Shown here: positions 53,585 through 62,575 of the stretch, in pieces
Numbering within the stretch: position 1 is the stretch's first letter
Layout of the letters: every line of letters begins with the position of its first letter
Assembly: GCA_900768265.1 (NCBI GenBank)
Contig: CAAGCF010000004.1
Span: 25,881-89,880, forward strand
Source of the DNA: an uncultured Collinsella sp.
GTDB lineage: Bacteria; Actinomycetota; Coriobacteriia; Coriobacteriales; Coriobacteriaceae
Direction: 5' to 3'
Length of the DNA stretch: 64,000 nucleotides
Program-made: the position numbers and the translations under genes
The notes under the pieces: generated by a model
What the model saw: the letters and a program-made list of their open reading frames with translations, nothing else
Databases searched by the model: none
Told to the model about the DNA's origin: nothing

Positions 53585-54001
53585 TTAGGCCTCCGCTTCG
53601 ATCTCGACGATTTCGTTTTTGATGTACATGCCCTGGTTGTCCCAGACATTGCGGCAGGCGGCGGCAAAGCGCTCGCGGTCGGCTTCGCAGATGCGGGCGA
53701 ACATGTTGCAGGTGCCAAAGGGCTCGCACACGTCAAAGAAGATGCAAATTGACGACCAGCCGCCATACCAGCTCACGGCGCCCGCCGGCTCGTGAAAGAC
53801 GGGGTTCTCGATGTGCTCATAGTTGGCGATGGGGCCCGAGACAGGATACGTTACCTCGGCATCACAAATCTTTGCCGAGAAGATGCGTGATTCCACGGGG
53901 CAAGACGCCTCGAACAGCTTGCATGTTTCGGGCGCTTCATCCCAGAGCATGTCGGCGAGAAACGTCTCGCCATTCAACGTGATCTTGAGCATTTTTGTCA
54001 T
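53585..54001 (-). CDS. Cyclophilin-like fold protein (DUF3830 / cucumopine synthase N-domain-like)
   Basis: 138 aa, SD GAGGAGG; F.A.ML.DEAPETC..F...P, EN....P.G.V, I.IFF. Confidence 0.7.
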   Translation of the reverse strand: MTKMLKITLNGETFLADMLWDEAPETCKLFEASCPVESRIFSAKICDAEVTYPVSGPIANYEHIENPVFHEPAGAVSWYGGWSSICIFFDVCEPFGTCNMFARICEADRERFAAACRNVWDNQGMYIKNEIVEIEAEA

Positions 54002-54603
54002 AGTAAGGACCTCCTCAATCCGTCGCTCAAGGGGCTCGCTGGCGGATAAGGAGAAGACAGCAGCGGGGTCGCCGAACCCAAACTTCACGACAGATCTCTG
54101 TCGCCCCAGCCCGCGCTGTTCTTCGCTAAAGTACCATGCCGCAATTGCGCGCGCAATATCAGTTTTTGATTTTCTGGAAGCGGCAATCGACGAGACGGCT
54201 CGCCGGCTGCCGGCCGACGCGCGGCATAGGCACTCGTCTATTCCTTAAGTTGGATGAAAAACGCCATGTTATTGCAGGGCTGCATACTCGTTCAATAAGT
54301 GCATAGAATCTCGTATAGTGCGAGTAAGATTTTGCGCTATCTGATTTATGTTTAGCAAAGATATAGTTTGCATAATCCAGCCTAATCCTCGCTCCATTTA
54401 AATAAAGTCGCACGTAAATGGCGTAAACATATCTGAGCTGGCATTCTTTACGCTGAGCGGATAAAAACGACCGTTCACCGTTCAACTATTTTCAAAATGA
54501 ATAAAATGAGCGATAAAGAGAATATAAACCTTAATAAACTCGCGTATTGCACGGACGCGGGTTATTAATGGGTTGTAGGCCTTTTACAGAAAGGATTCCA
54601 GCA

Positions 54604-55566
54604 ATGTCTAAGCCTCTTGGCAAGCCCGATCGTATTGTCGTCGCCCTCGGCGGCAACGCCCTCGGCAACAACCCCGTCGAGCAGATCGAGGCCGTGAGCA
54701 ACACCGCCCACGCCCTCCTCGGCCTCATCGAGCAGGGCAACGAGATCATCATCACCCACGGCAACGGCCCGCAGGTCGGCATGATCCAGAACGCCTTCGC
54801 CGCCGCCCACGACGCCATCGGCACCCCCGAGATGCCGCTGCCCGAGTGCGGCGCCATGTCCCAGGGCTACATTGGCTATCACCTGCAGCAGGGCATTGGC
54901 CGCGAGATGCACAAGCGCTATAAGCGTTGGCACGCCGCAACCGTCGTCACCCAGATCGAGTGCGACCCGGACGATCCCGCGTTCAAGAACCCGACCAAGC
55001 CGATCGGCCCCTTCTACACCGAGGAGCAGGCCAAGGAGTTCATGGCCGAGGACCCCTCCAAGGTCTTCGTCGAGGATTCCGGTCGCGGCTGGCGTCGCGT
55101 CGTCGCTTCCCCCGATCCCAAGAAGATCGTCGAGGCTGACTCCATCCTCAACCTGCTCGACAACGAGTTCATCGTCATCGCTTGCGGTGGTGGCGGCATC
55201 CCCGTCGTCCGCGACTACGAGAACAAGGGCTGCTACAAGGGCGTTCCCGCCGTCATCGACAAGGACCTGGGCGGCGAGCTGCTGGCCGAGGACTGCGACG
55301 CTGACGTTCTGTTCCTGCTGACCGCCGTTGAGCATGTCGCCATCAACTTTGGCAAGCCCAACCAGGAGGAGCTCGAGGACCTTACCGCCGACGAGGCCGA
55401 GCGCCTGGCCGACGAGGGCCAGTTCGGCAAGGGTTCCATGGAGCCCAAGGTCCGCGCTGCCATCAAGTTCGCCCGTTCCCGCAAGGGCCGCACCTGCATC
55501 ATCGGTGCTCTGGACAAGGCCGCCGAGACCATGGCCGGTCTCTCCGGTACCCGCATCCACGAGTAG
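54604..55566 (+). CDS. arcC: Carbamate kinase
   Basis: VVALGGNAL, THGNGPQVG, PTKPIGPF, GRGWRRVV.SP, AVIDKD, GSM.PKV. Confidence 0.95.
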   Translation: MSKPLGKPDRIVVALGGNALGNNPVEQIEAVSNTAHALLGLIEQGNEIIITHGNGPQVGMIQNAFAAAHDAIGTPEMPLPECGAMSQGYIGYHLQQGIGREMHKRYKRWHAATVVTQIECDPDDPAFKNPTKPIGPFYTEEQAKEFMAEDPSKVFVEDSGRGWRRVVASPDPKKIVEADSILNLLDNEFIVIACGGGGIPVVRDYENKGCYKGVPAVIDKDLGGELLAEDCDADVLFLLTAVEHVAINFGKPNQEELEDLTADEAERLADEGQFGKGSMEPKVRAAIKFARSRKGRTCIIGALDKAAETMAGLSGTRIHE

Positions 55567-55631
55567 TCTCTACTCTGTTGCATCTCTCGTGGGCGCCAGG
55601 CAAAGCGCCCGCAAACTAGCCTCTCTTCATG

Positions 55632-55668
55632 AGCCCCGCAGTCCGCTCCGACTGCGGGGCTTTTGTTT
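55632..55668 (+). terminator. Intrinsic terminator
   Basis: AGCCCCGCAGTC/GACTGCGGGGCT plus T run. Confidence 0.85.
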
Positions 55669-55684
55669 CGACCCGGCACTTGGG

Positions 55685-55955
55685 TAGTCATTGGGGACAG
55701 ACTTAAATGAGTGGCACCAATCAACTGCGGAAAGTGCATCCCACAATGAGTGTCCAAAGCGGGGCACAGTTTCCTTTGAGGCCTTCAACCGGAAAATACA
55801 TCCCGGAATTTGGCCGAAAAGTGGCCCCCAGCTTCCCAAACAGGCCGCTAACGGAAAGCGCATCCCGCTATCGAACTTCAAAGCGGGGTGCGCTTTCTGT
55901 GCCAGCAGTTCCGGGCAGCCAGAGACCACTCATTTAAGTCTGTCCCCAATGACTA
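55685..55955. mobile_element. 271-bp MITE/REPIN-like element with perfect 30-bp terminal inverted repeats
   Basis: TAGTCATTGGGGACAGACTTAAATGAGTGG / CCACTCATTTAAGTCTGTCCCCAATGACTA; three internal hairpin units. Confidence 0.75.
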
Positions 55956-56987
55956 GTAGTAGGCCCACATGGCTTCGACTTCGTTAAGGACCTCTACGAC
56001 GCCCCAGCGGCGGGCGCTGCGGCTGGCCGAGTTGGGATCGAAGACTTCAATCTGGTCGGCGTCGTCAATACCGTAAAGCACAATGTAGTGGCCCACGTTG
56101 GTAAAGGTGCCCGGCCGAACGGCTGCGATGACGGGCGCTCCCGAACGCAGCGCCTGAGTCATCGAGTCGCGATCGTTATGGAGCTCCGTTCCGTTAAGTC
56201 CCAACTGCCACGCGCCGCTCGTCATAAACGACCATTCGGTTGCACCGGTGGGGGCGTAATTGCCCGCCTCGGAAAGCGCGCACATATCGACGGGGGTCAT
56301 ATCGGTGCGTCCCGTCTTAAAGATATAGACCATGGTGAGGCACGTGGGCCCGCATGCATTTTGGCGGATGGTGCCGCCGGCGTAAGGCAGCTCCGACCAC
56401 GCAGGGTCGATCTGATAGATATGGGGCATCGCGCCGGCTTGCCATTGCGAGCGCGGGGTCGAAAAGGCGAAAGAATAACCGGGCGCGACGGGGGCCTTGA
56501 GCAGCTTGTCCTCGGCGGTGGGCTCAAGGCCGGCCGAGCCGTGGGACATACAGGAGCTCATAAGCACAAAGACCAGACAGATGAGGATAGAGCACAGTGC
56601 GAGGCAAAGTCGACGAGCCGGCAGGGCGGGGGCATTCACGTACGATGTCGAGCGGTAGGGCTTGCCGTCGCGTCCGCCTTGGGAATGCGAAAAGAAGCGG
56701 TTGATATGGATGCCGGACTGACGTGCGCCGTTGCGGCGCAGTTGCGGAACTTCGGCCTGGCGCTGTCGAGTGCGCGCACCCAAACGGCTGTCTTGCTGTG
56801 CGCTTGTGCCCGTGCTCGGACGGTCACTCTGCCGTGTTCTGCTTGTCTGCTGCCGAGACGAAGGCCTGGGTTGCTCTTGAGGGCGTTGCGGATTGCTGCT
56901 CGTGGCACTTCTAGGCGTCGGCGTGGTGCGGCCAGCAAGGCGAACGCTTTGTCGCCGTTGATCACCGTCGTTGTATCCGTATGCCAT
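55953..56987 (-). CDS. Membrane-anchored C39-like (papain-fold) peptidase
   Basis: YQ.D..W...Y..G.I...ACGPT, GHYIVL, DPNS; Arg-rich N-terminus and TM. Confidence 0.82.
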   Translation of the reverse strand: MAYGYNDGDQRRQSVRLAGRTTPTPRSATSSNPQRPQEQPRPSSRQQTSRTRQSDRPSTGTSAQQDSRLGARTRQRQAEVPQLRRNGARQSGIHINRFFSHSQGGRDGKPYRSTSYVNAPALPARRLCLALCSILICLVFVLMSSCMSHGSAGLEPTAEDKLLKAPVAPGYSFAFSTPRSQWQAGAMPHIYQIDPAWSELPYAGGTIRQNACGPTCLTMVYIFKTGRTDMTPVDMCALSEAGNYAPTGATEWSFMTSGAWQLGLNGTELHNDRDSMTQALRSGAPVIAAVRPGTFTNVGHYIVLYGIDDADQIEVFDPNSASRSARRWGVVEVLNEVEAMWAYY

Positions 56988-57172
56988 TCGTACCGCCTTG
57001 TCTCATGTATAACCTGTCTATCCTACAAAAAAGATGTGCAACAAATGGGTCTGCGCGTCAAAAGCTCGGTAAACGGTACGAAAGGCGCAAAACGCACGGC
57101 TTCAAAAACATCTCTCTATGCGCCCGATGAGCGTACGCCCGTCGGACGGGCGGCAACAATGAGTGGCAAACC

Positions 57173-57204
57173 GCGCCGTTCGTCCCAAAAACAGCGCCGC
57201 TCGT
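57173..57204 (+). promoter_or_regulatory. Candidate LytTR direct-repeat site
   Basis: GCGCCGTTCGT and GCGCCGCTCGT with 21-bp period upstream of the permease; LytTR regulator downstream. Confidence 0.55.
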
Positions 57205-57348
57205 TTTGCAGTTCTGCCTTCGGTCGAGTCGCAAGCGGCGCTGCTGTGCCAAGGCCGTATCTTAAAGCCACGAAATAAAAGCGCGCGGTAAAACAGACCG
57301 CGCAAGGGGTGACGCCAAAGAGGCGTCAATAAGGAAAGGAGGGGAACA

Positions 57349-58800
57349 ATGGCGGACAAGAACGCAGAAGTTGCAGTCGAAGGTAACGGCGGCATGAAGA
57401 AAACGCTTTCGCTCTGGAACTTCTTCACCATCGGTTTCGGTGCCATCATCGGAACTGGCTGGGTCCTGCAGGTCGGCGACTGGATGGTCGTGGGCGGTGG
57501 TCCCGTTCCCGCTATGATCGCATTCCTCTTGGGTGCAATCTTCCTCGTGCCCGTCGGAGCTGTTTTCGGTGAGCTCACGGCTGCTATCCCCATCTCGGGC
57601 GGTATCGTCGAGTATGTCGATCGTAGCTTTGGCCGTACGCTGAGCTACATCACCGGTTGGCTCCTGGCCCTGGGCAACGGTATCCTGTGCCCGTGGGAGG
57701 CAATCGCCATCTCGACCCTCGTGTCCGAGATGTTCGGCAGCCTGCCCGGTCTTGAGTGGCTGCGTGCCGTCAAGCTCTATACCATCCTGGGCGCTGACGT
57801 TTACCTGTTCCCGACGCTGATCGCGCTCGGCTTTGCAGTCTATGTCATCTTCCTCAACTTCCGCGGTGCCAGCTCGGCCGCCAAGCTCCAGGCCTTCCTG
57901 ACCAAGGCCCTGCTCTGCGGCATGCTGCTCGCCATGGGCGTCTCGCTGTTCACCGGCTCGCCGGACAATGCCATGCCCGTGTTCTCCCAGGTCACCGGCG
58001 CTGGTGGCGGTAAGGCCGCTACCGAGGGCACCAGCCTGTTCGCCGGCATCGTGTCGGTTCTGGTTCTGACCCCGTTCTTCTACGCCGGTTTCGACACCAT
58101 TCCTCAGCAGGCTGAGGAAGCGGCCGAGGGCCTCAACTGGAACAAGTTCGGCAAGATCATCTCCCTGGCCCTGCTGGCCGCCGGCGGCTTCTACATGGTC
58201 TGCATCTACTCGTTCGGCACCATCCTCGACTGGCATGAGTTTGTTAAGAGCCCGGTTCCCGCGCTTGCCTGCCTCAAGGGCATCAACATGCTCCTGTACC
58301 TGGCCATGCTCGTCATCGCCACGCTTGGACCCATGGGCCCGATGAACTCCTTCTACGGCGCCACGAGCCGCATCATGCTCGCCATGGGCCGCAAGGGCCA
58401 GCTGCCTGAGAAGTTCGCCGAGGTCGATCCCAAGTCCGGCGCTCCCAAGCTCGCCTGCGTCGTGCTGGGCGTCATCACCGTCGTCGGTCCGTTCCTGGGC
58501 AAGAACATGCTCATCCCCCTGACCAACGTGTCGGCTCTCGCCTTCATCTTCTCCTGCGGCATGGTCGCCCTCGCCTGCCTGCGCATGCGCTTTACCGAGC
58601 CCGACCTGCCTCGTCCCTACGAGGTGCCCGGCGGCAAGTTTGGCATCAGCCTCGCTATTGCTGCCTGCGCCATCATCATCGGCCTGCTTGTGATTCCGTT
58701 CTCTCCCGCCTCCCTCAACATGGTGGAGTGGAGCATCGTGATCGGCTGGTTGGCTATTGGCCTGGCCCTCATGGCTTTCACCAATTCCCGCAAAAAGTAA
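57349..58800 (+). CDS. APC-family amino acid permease
   Basis: About 12 TM; GAIIGTG, EL.AA.P.SGG, YAGFD, SRI..AMGR.G.LP, RPYEVP. Confidence 0.92.
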   Translation: MADKNAEVAVEGNGGMKKTLSLWNFFTIGFGAIIGTGWVLQVGDWMVVGGGPVPAMIAFLLGAIFLVPVGAVFGELTAAIPISGGIVEYVDRSFGRTLSYITGWLLALGNGILCPWEAIAISTLVSEMFGSLPGLEWLRAVKLYTILGADVYLFPTLIALGFAVYVIFLNFRGASSAAKLQAFLTKALLCGMLLAMGVSLFTGSPDNAMPVFSQVTGAGGGKAATEGTSLFAGIVSVLVLTPFFYAGFDTIPQQAEEAAEGLNWNKFGKIISLALLAAGGFYMVCIYSFGTILDWHEFVKSPVPALACLKGINMLLYLAMLVIATLGPMGPMNSFYGATSRIMLAMGRKGQLPEKFAEVDPKSGAPKLACVVLGVITVVGPFLGKNMLIPLTNVSALAFIFSCGMVALACLRMRFTEPDLPRPYEVPGGKFGISLAIAACAIIIGLLVIPFSPASLNMVEWSIVIGWLAIGLALMAFTNSRKK

Positions 58801-58931
58801 CGCCTAGCCGGGGCGGATCGGGTGCGCGGGACCCTCTCTCCCGCGCACCGAACCCGGCACCACTTGGGTAGCTTTGTGAGGCCATAACCCAACATGGCCT
58901 CGCCCACTATATGGATCCATAAGGAGGAACC

Positions 58932-60209
58932 ATGTCCACTAAGTACGCAATCGTTGGCGGCAAGCTCATCGACGGTACCGGTGCCGAGCCGGTCGAGAAC
59001 TCCCTCGTTCTCGTCGACGACAACGGCAAGATCGAGTATGCCGGTGCTATGCAGGACCTTCCCGAGGGCGTTGAGGTTATCGACGCCGCCGGCAAGACCG
59101 TCCTTCCCGGCCTGATCGACACCCACCTGCACTTCTCGGGCAACCTGACCGACGATGACACCGACTGGGTCATGCAGCCGCTCCTCGAGAAGCAGGCCGT
59201 CGCCGTCAAGCAGGCCTACGACTGCCTCACCCACGGCCTCACCACCGTCTGCGAGATCGGCCGCTTTGGTATCCAGATTCGCGACTGCATCGACAAGGGC
59301 GTCTTCAAGGGCCCGCGCGTTCTGGCCACTGGTCTTGGCTTCTGCCGCGTTGCCGGCCACGGTGACTCCCACCACTGCACCCAGGAGCTCAACAAGGAAT
59401 CCCATCCCTGGGGCGACCAGGTCGATGGTCCTTGGGATCTGCGCAAGGCCGTCCGTCGTCGCCTGCGCGAGAACCCCGATGCCATCAAGATCTGGGCTAC
59501 CGGTGGCGGCATCTGGCGTTGGGATTCCGGTCGCGACCAGCACTATTGCTCCGAGGAGATCCAGGCCGTGGTCGAAGAGGCAAAGATGGTCGGCATCCCC
59601 GTGTGGAGTCACTGCTACAACAACCACGCCGCCGCCTACGATTCCGTTCGCTTTGGCTGCGAGCAGCTGATTCACGGCTTCGATATCGATGAGCGCACCA
59701 TGGACCTCATGGCCGAGCAGGGCACCTTCTTCACCCCGACGATCGCCTTCCTGCCCACCTGGTACGCCACCTATCCGCCCGTCTACGTCCCCGAGCTGCA
59801 CGACAAGTACGAGGGCACCCTGGTCGAGAAGGAGCTGCAGCGCAACTACGACTGCCTGCGCGAGGCCAAGAAGCGCGGCGTCGTCATGACGATCGGCTCC
59901 GACTCCTTCTCCTTCGTCACCCCGTACGGCACCTGCTCCATCGAGGAGATGTACGAGTTCGTCGACAAGATCGGCTTCACTCCGGTCGAGACCATCACCT
60001 GCGCCACCCTCAACGGTGCCAAGATGTGCCACATCGAGGACGAGACCGGTTCCATCGAGGCCGGCAAGTGCGCCGACCTGCTGGTTGTCAACGGTGACGT
60101 CGCCGCCGACATCCACGTGCTCAACACCGACAACATGGACGTCATCATGAAGGACGGCTGGATCGTCGAGGCTGGCACTTTTGGTGAGGCTAACAAATAC
60201 AGCGCCTAA
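58932..60209 (+). CDS. Metal-dependent amidohydrolase (Xaa-Pro dipeptidase-like subgroup)
   Basis: PGLIDTHLH, IKIWATGG, two further His, GSDS, G.IE.GK.ADL. Confidence 0.9.
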   Translation: MSTKYAIVGGKLIDGTGAEPVENSLVLVDDNGKIEYAGAMQDLPEGVEVIDAAGKTVLPGLIDTHLHFSGNLTDDDTDWVMQPLLEKQAVAVKQAYDCLTHGLTTVCEIGRFGIQIRDCIDKGVFKGPRVLATGLGFCRVAGHGDSHHCTQELNKESHPWGDQVDGPWDLRKAVRRRLRENPDAIKIWATGGGIWRWDSGRDQHYCSEEIQAVVEEAKMVGIPVWSHCYNNHAAAYDSVRFGCEQLIHGFDIDERTMDLMAEQGTFFTPTIAFLPTWYATYPPVYVPELHDKYEGTLVEKELQRNYDCLREAKKRGVVMTIGSDSFSFVTPYGTCSIEEMYEFVDKIGFTPVETITCATLNGAKMCHIEDETGSIEAGKCADLLVVNGDVAADIHVLNTDNMDVIMKDGWIVEAGTFGEANKYSA

Positions 60210-60260
60210 GATACCGTTTGTCGATGGCTTGATGTAAAACACAGCTTTTGATTGCATAAT

Positions 60261-60296
60261 GCAATGGAGAGGGTCGCTTGCGGCCCTCTTTATTGC
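60261..60296 (+). terminator. Terminator-like hairpin
   Basis: AGAGGGTCGC/GCGGCCCTCT followed by TTATT. Confidence 0.6.
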
Positions 60297-60320
60297 TATC
60301 GGTGCGGTAGATAAAAGGGG

Positions 60321-61712
60321 ATGACGGTGGATTTAAACAGGCTGATTCTGGGCAAGAGCTACAACTCTACCAAGGTCTTTCGTACGGCCCAGCATGTGGT
60401 TCAGGCCATCCTGCTCGGTATTGTCGTTCCGGCGCTTATCCTGCTGCTTATCTGGGATTTAACCGATAATCCCAATCCCGTTCCGGGCGTTGTCGTTATT
60501 GCCGGCCTGGTCATGCTGTGCTTCTTTTTCTCGTATGTCTTTGTGGTCCCCGACGACCTCACATCGAGCGCAACCGACCGTACGCTCGCCATCGCATCAA
60601 AAATATTCGCCTACACGTCGCGCGGCCTTACGCCCGAAGCGGCCCTGGGCGCCTCTAAAATTATCCTGTCCGAGACCATCGCCTCTGCCATCTGCTTTAC
60701 CGATGGCAAACAGGTGTTGGCAAGCTGGGGCGAGGACTCGGCAAAGTGCCCTGCCGGCACCCCGGTCGTGCTCAAGACCACGCTCAACGTGATCGAGTCC
60801 GGCGAACAGAGTGTATTTTCGCGCGACGCCTCCAATGAGACGGGCGGCTATTTTCCCCGTCTGCGCGCCGGCATTGTCGCGCCGCTGACCGTGCGCGGGC
60901 ATTGCGTGGGCACGCTCGAGCTGTATTACCCCCGCCTGAGCAGCATCGATATGCGCCAGACGGCGTTGGCCTCGGGCTTTGCCGATCTCATTTCCACGCA
61001 GCTCGCCAGCTTTGAGCTCGAGCGCCAGGACGAGCTCACGGCCCGCGTGGAGCTTCGCGCCCTGCAGTCGCAGGTCGACCCGCATTTTCTATTCAATACC
61101 ATCAGCACCATCGTGTCGCTCGTTCGAACCGAGCCCGACAAGGCACGATCGCTGCTGATCGACTTCTCCAACTACTATCGTCAGACGCTTTCTGACTCCG
61201 ATACGCTCACCACGCTCGAGCACGAGGTGGAACAGGGCACTCGTTATATCAATCTTATGCAGGCCCGGTATGGCGACGGCCGTCTGCGCGTCTCGGTCGA
61301 CATCGACTTTGAGGTGCGCGACAGCCTGGTACCGCCGTTTATCTTGCAGCCGCTGCTCGAAAACTGTATCAAGCACGCGCAGCGCGAGACCGAGCCGCTT
61401 TCTATTCGTGTTAGGGCTTTCGAGACCGATGACGGTTTGGAGATCATCGTCGAAGACGACGGCATCGGTATGAGCGAAGAAGTCTGCACGCATCTGTTTG
61501 AGCAGCATCGCCGAGAGGAGCCCGAGAGCATTACTGCCGACGGCTCCGTCAAGCGAGGTTGCGGCCTGGCGCTCTTCAACGTGCTTCAGCGCATCCATTT
61601 CTTTTACGGAGAAGATTCCGGCATGCGCGTGAAGTCCCAGGAGGGCGTGGGAACACAGGTCATCGTTGAGTTGAACGGCGAGCCGCATGAGCCGGCGCCG
61701 CTGACGGTGTAG
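60321..61712 (+). CDS. LytS/YehU-type sensor histidine kinase (2 TM + GAF)
   Basis: ALQSQVDPHFLFNT, LQPLLEN.IKH, DDGIG, G.GL..NV..R. Confidence 0.92.
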   Translation: MTVDLNRLILGKSYNSTKVFRTAQHVVQAILLGIVVPALILLLIWDLTDNPNPVPGVVVIAGLVMLCFFFSYVFVVPDDLTSSATDRTLAIASKIFAYTSRGLTPEAALGASKIILSETIASAICFTDGKQVLASWGEDSAKCPAGTPVVLKTTLNVIESGEQSVFSRDASNETGGYFPRLRAGIVAPLTVRGHCVGTLELYYPRLSSIDMRQTALASGFADLISTQLASFELERQDELTARVELRALQSQVDPHFLFNTISTIVSLVRTEPDKARSLLIDFSNYYRQTLSDSDTLTTLEHEVEQGTRYINLMQARYGDGRLRVSVDIDFEVRDSLVPPFILQPLLENCIKHAQRETEPLSIRVRAFETDDGLEIIVEDDGIGMSEEVCTHLFEQHRREEPESITADGSVKRGCGLALFNVLQRIHFFYGEDSGMRVKSQEGVGTQVIVELNGEPHEPAPLTV

Positions 61713-61750
61713 CGCGCGGTTGGATTGAGAGAAAAAGAGGGGAAGCGCAT

Positions 61751-62485
61751 ATGTCCGAAGGCTGGAACATCTTGGTGGTTGATGATGAGCCTCCGATTAG
61801 GGCTGAGCTACGCTATCTGTTGGAAAAGGATGCGCGTGTGGGTCAGATTGCCGAGGCGGGCAATGTCACCGAAGCCGTGGAGTCGATTCTGTCGAAAAAG
61901 CCCGACGTGCTGTTTTTAGACATTACCATGCCCGGTCGCTCGGGAATTGAGCTTGCCGAGACGCTGCAGAACCTAAAGACGCCGCCGGTCGTGGTGTTTG
62001 TGACGGCATTTGCCGAGTATGCGGCCGATGCCTACAACCTCGATGCTGTCGATTACGTCGTCAAACCGGTCGAGGACGCCCGCTTGTCAAAGGCGCTCGA
62101 CAAGATTGAGACTGCCCTGGGTGCTCGCCGTGTCGTCCATGCTCCGCGCCAGCCCTTGCGCCTGACGGTGGACCGCGGGGGCAAAAGGGTGTTCATTCCC
62201 GTGGCGGATGTCTGCTACTTTGAGGCGCGTGCCGATTTTTGCAACGCCGTTTGCGCCGAGGGAACATACCTGATCAATGAGTCGATTTCCTCGCTCGAGC
62301 GTCGCTTGGCCTCCGAGGGCTTTATCCGCGTCCATCGCAGCTATCTGGTTAATTTGGAAGACGTGCATAATGTCGAGATCGGCTCCACGGGCCTGATGGA
62401 GCTCAGGCTCGACCGTGTGAGCTCGACGGTGCCCGTTTCACGCCGTCGCGCTGCCGAGGTCAAATCGCACTTGGGGCTTGCGTAA
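61751..62485 (+). CDS. LytTR-family response regulator
   Basis: Receiver (VDDE, FLDI.M, KP) plus F.RVHRSYLVN, PVSRR. Confidence 0.94.
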   Translation: MSEGWNILVVDDEPPIRAELRYLLEKDARVGQIAEAGNVTEAVESILSKKPDVLFLDITMPGRSGIELAETLQNLKTPPVVVFVTAFAEYAADAYNLDAVDYVVKPVEDARLSKALDKIETALGARRVVHAPRQPLRLTVDRGGKRVFIPVADVCYFEARADFCNAVCAEGTYLINESISSLERRLASEGFIRVHRSYLVNLEDVHNVEIGSTGLMELRLDRVSSTVPVSRRRAAEVKSHLGLA

Positions 62486-62575
62486 GGGTCGGGCGCTATC
62501 GTTTACCGCCGCAGGTTTGGCATGACCGTGCGGTGGGCATAATGGGTGACATCGAATGAAATCGAAAGGATCATT

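Noticed and set aside
54270..54530. ArgR boxes upstream of arcC
   Set aside because: Only half-site matches (TGCATA, TGAATA) in AT-rich DNA; not distinguishable from chance
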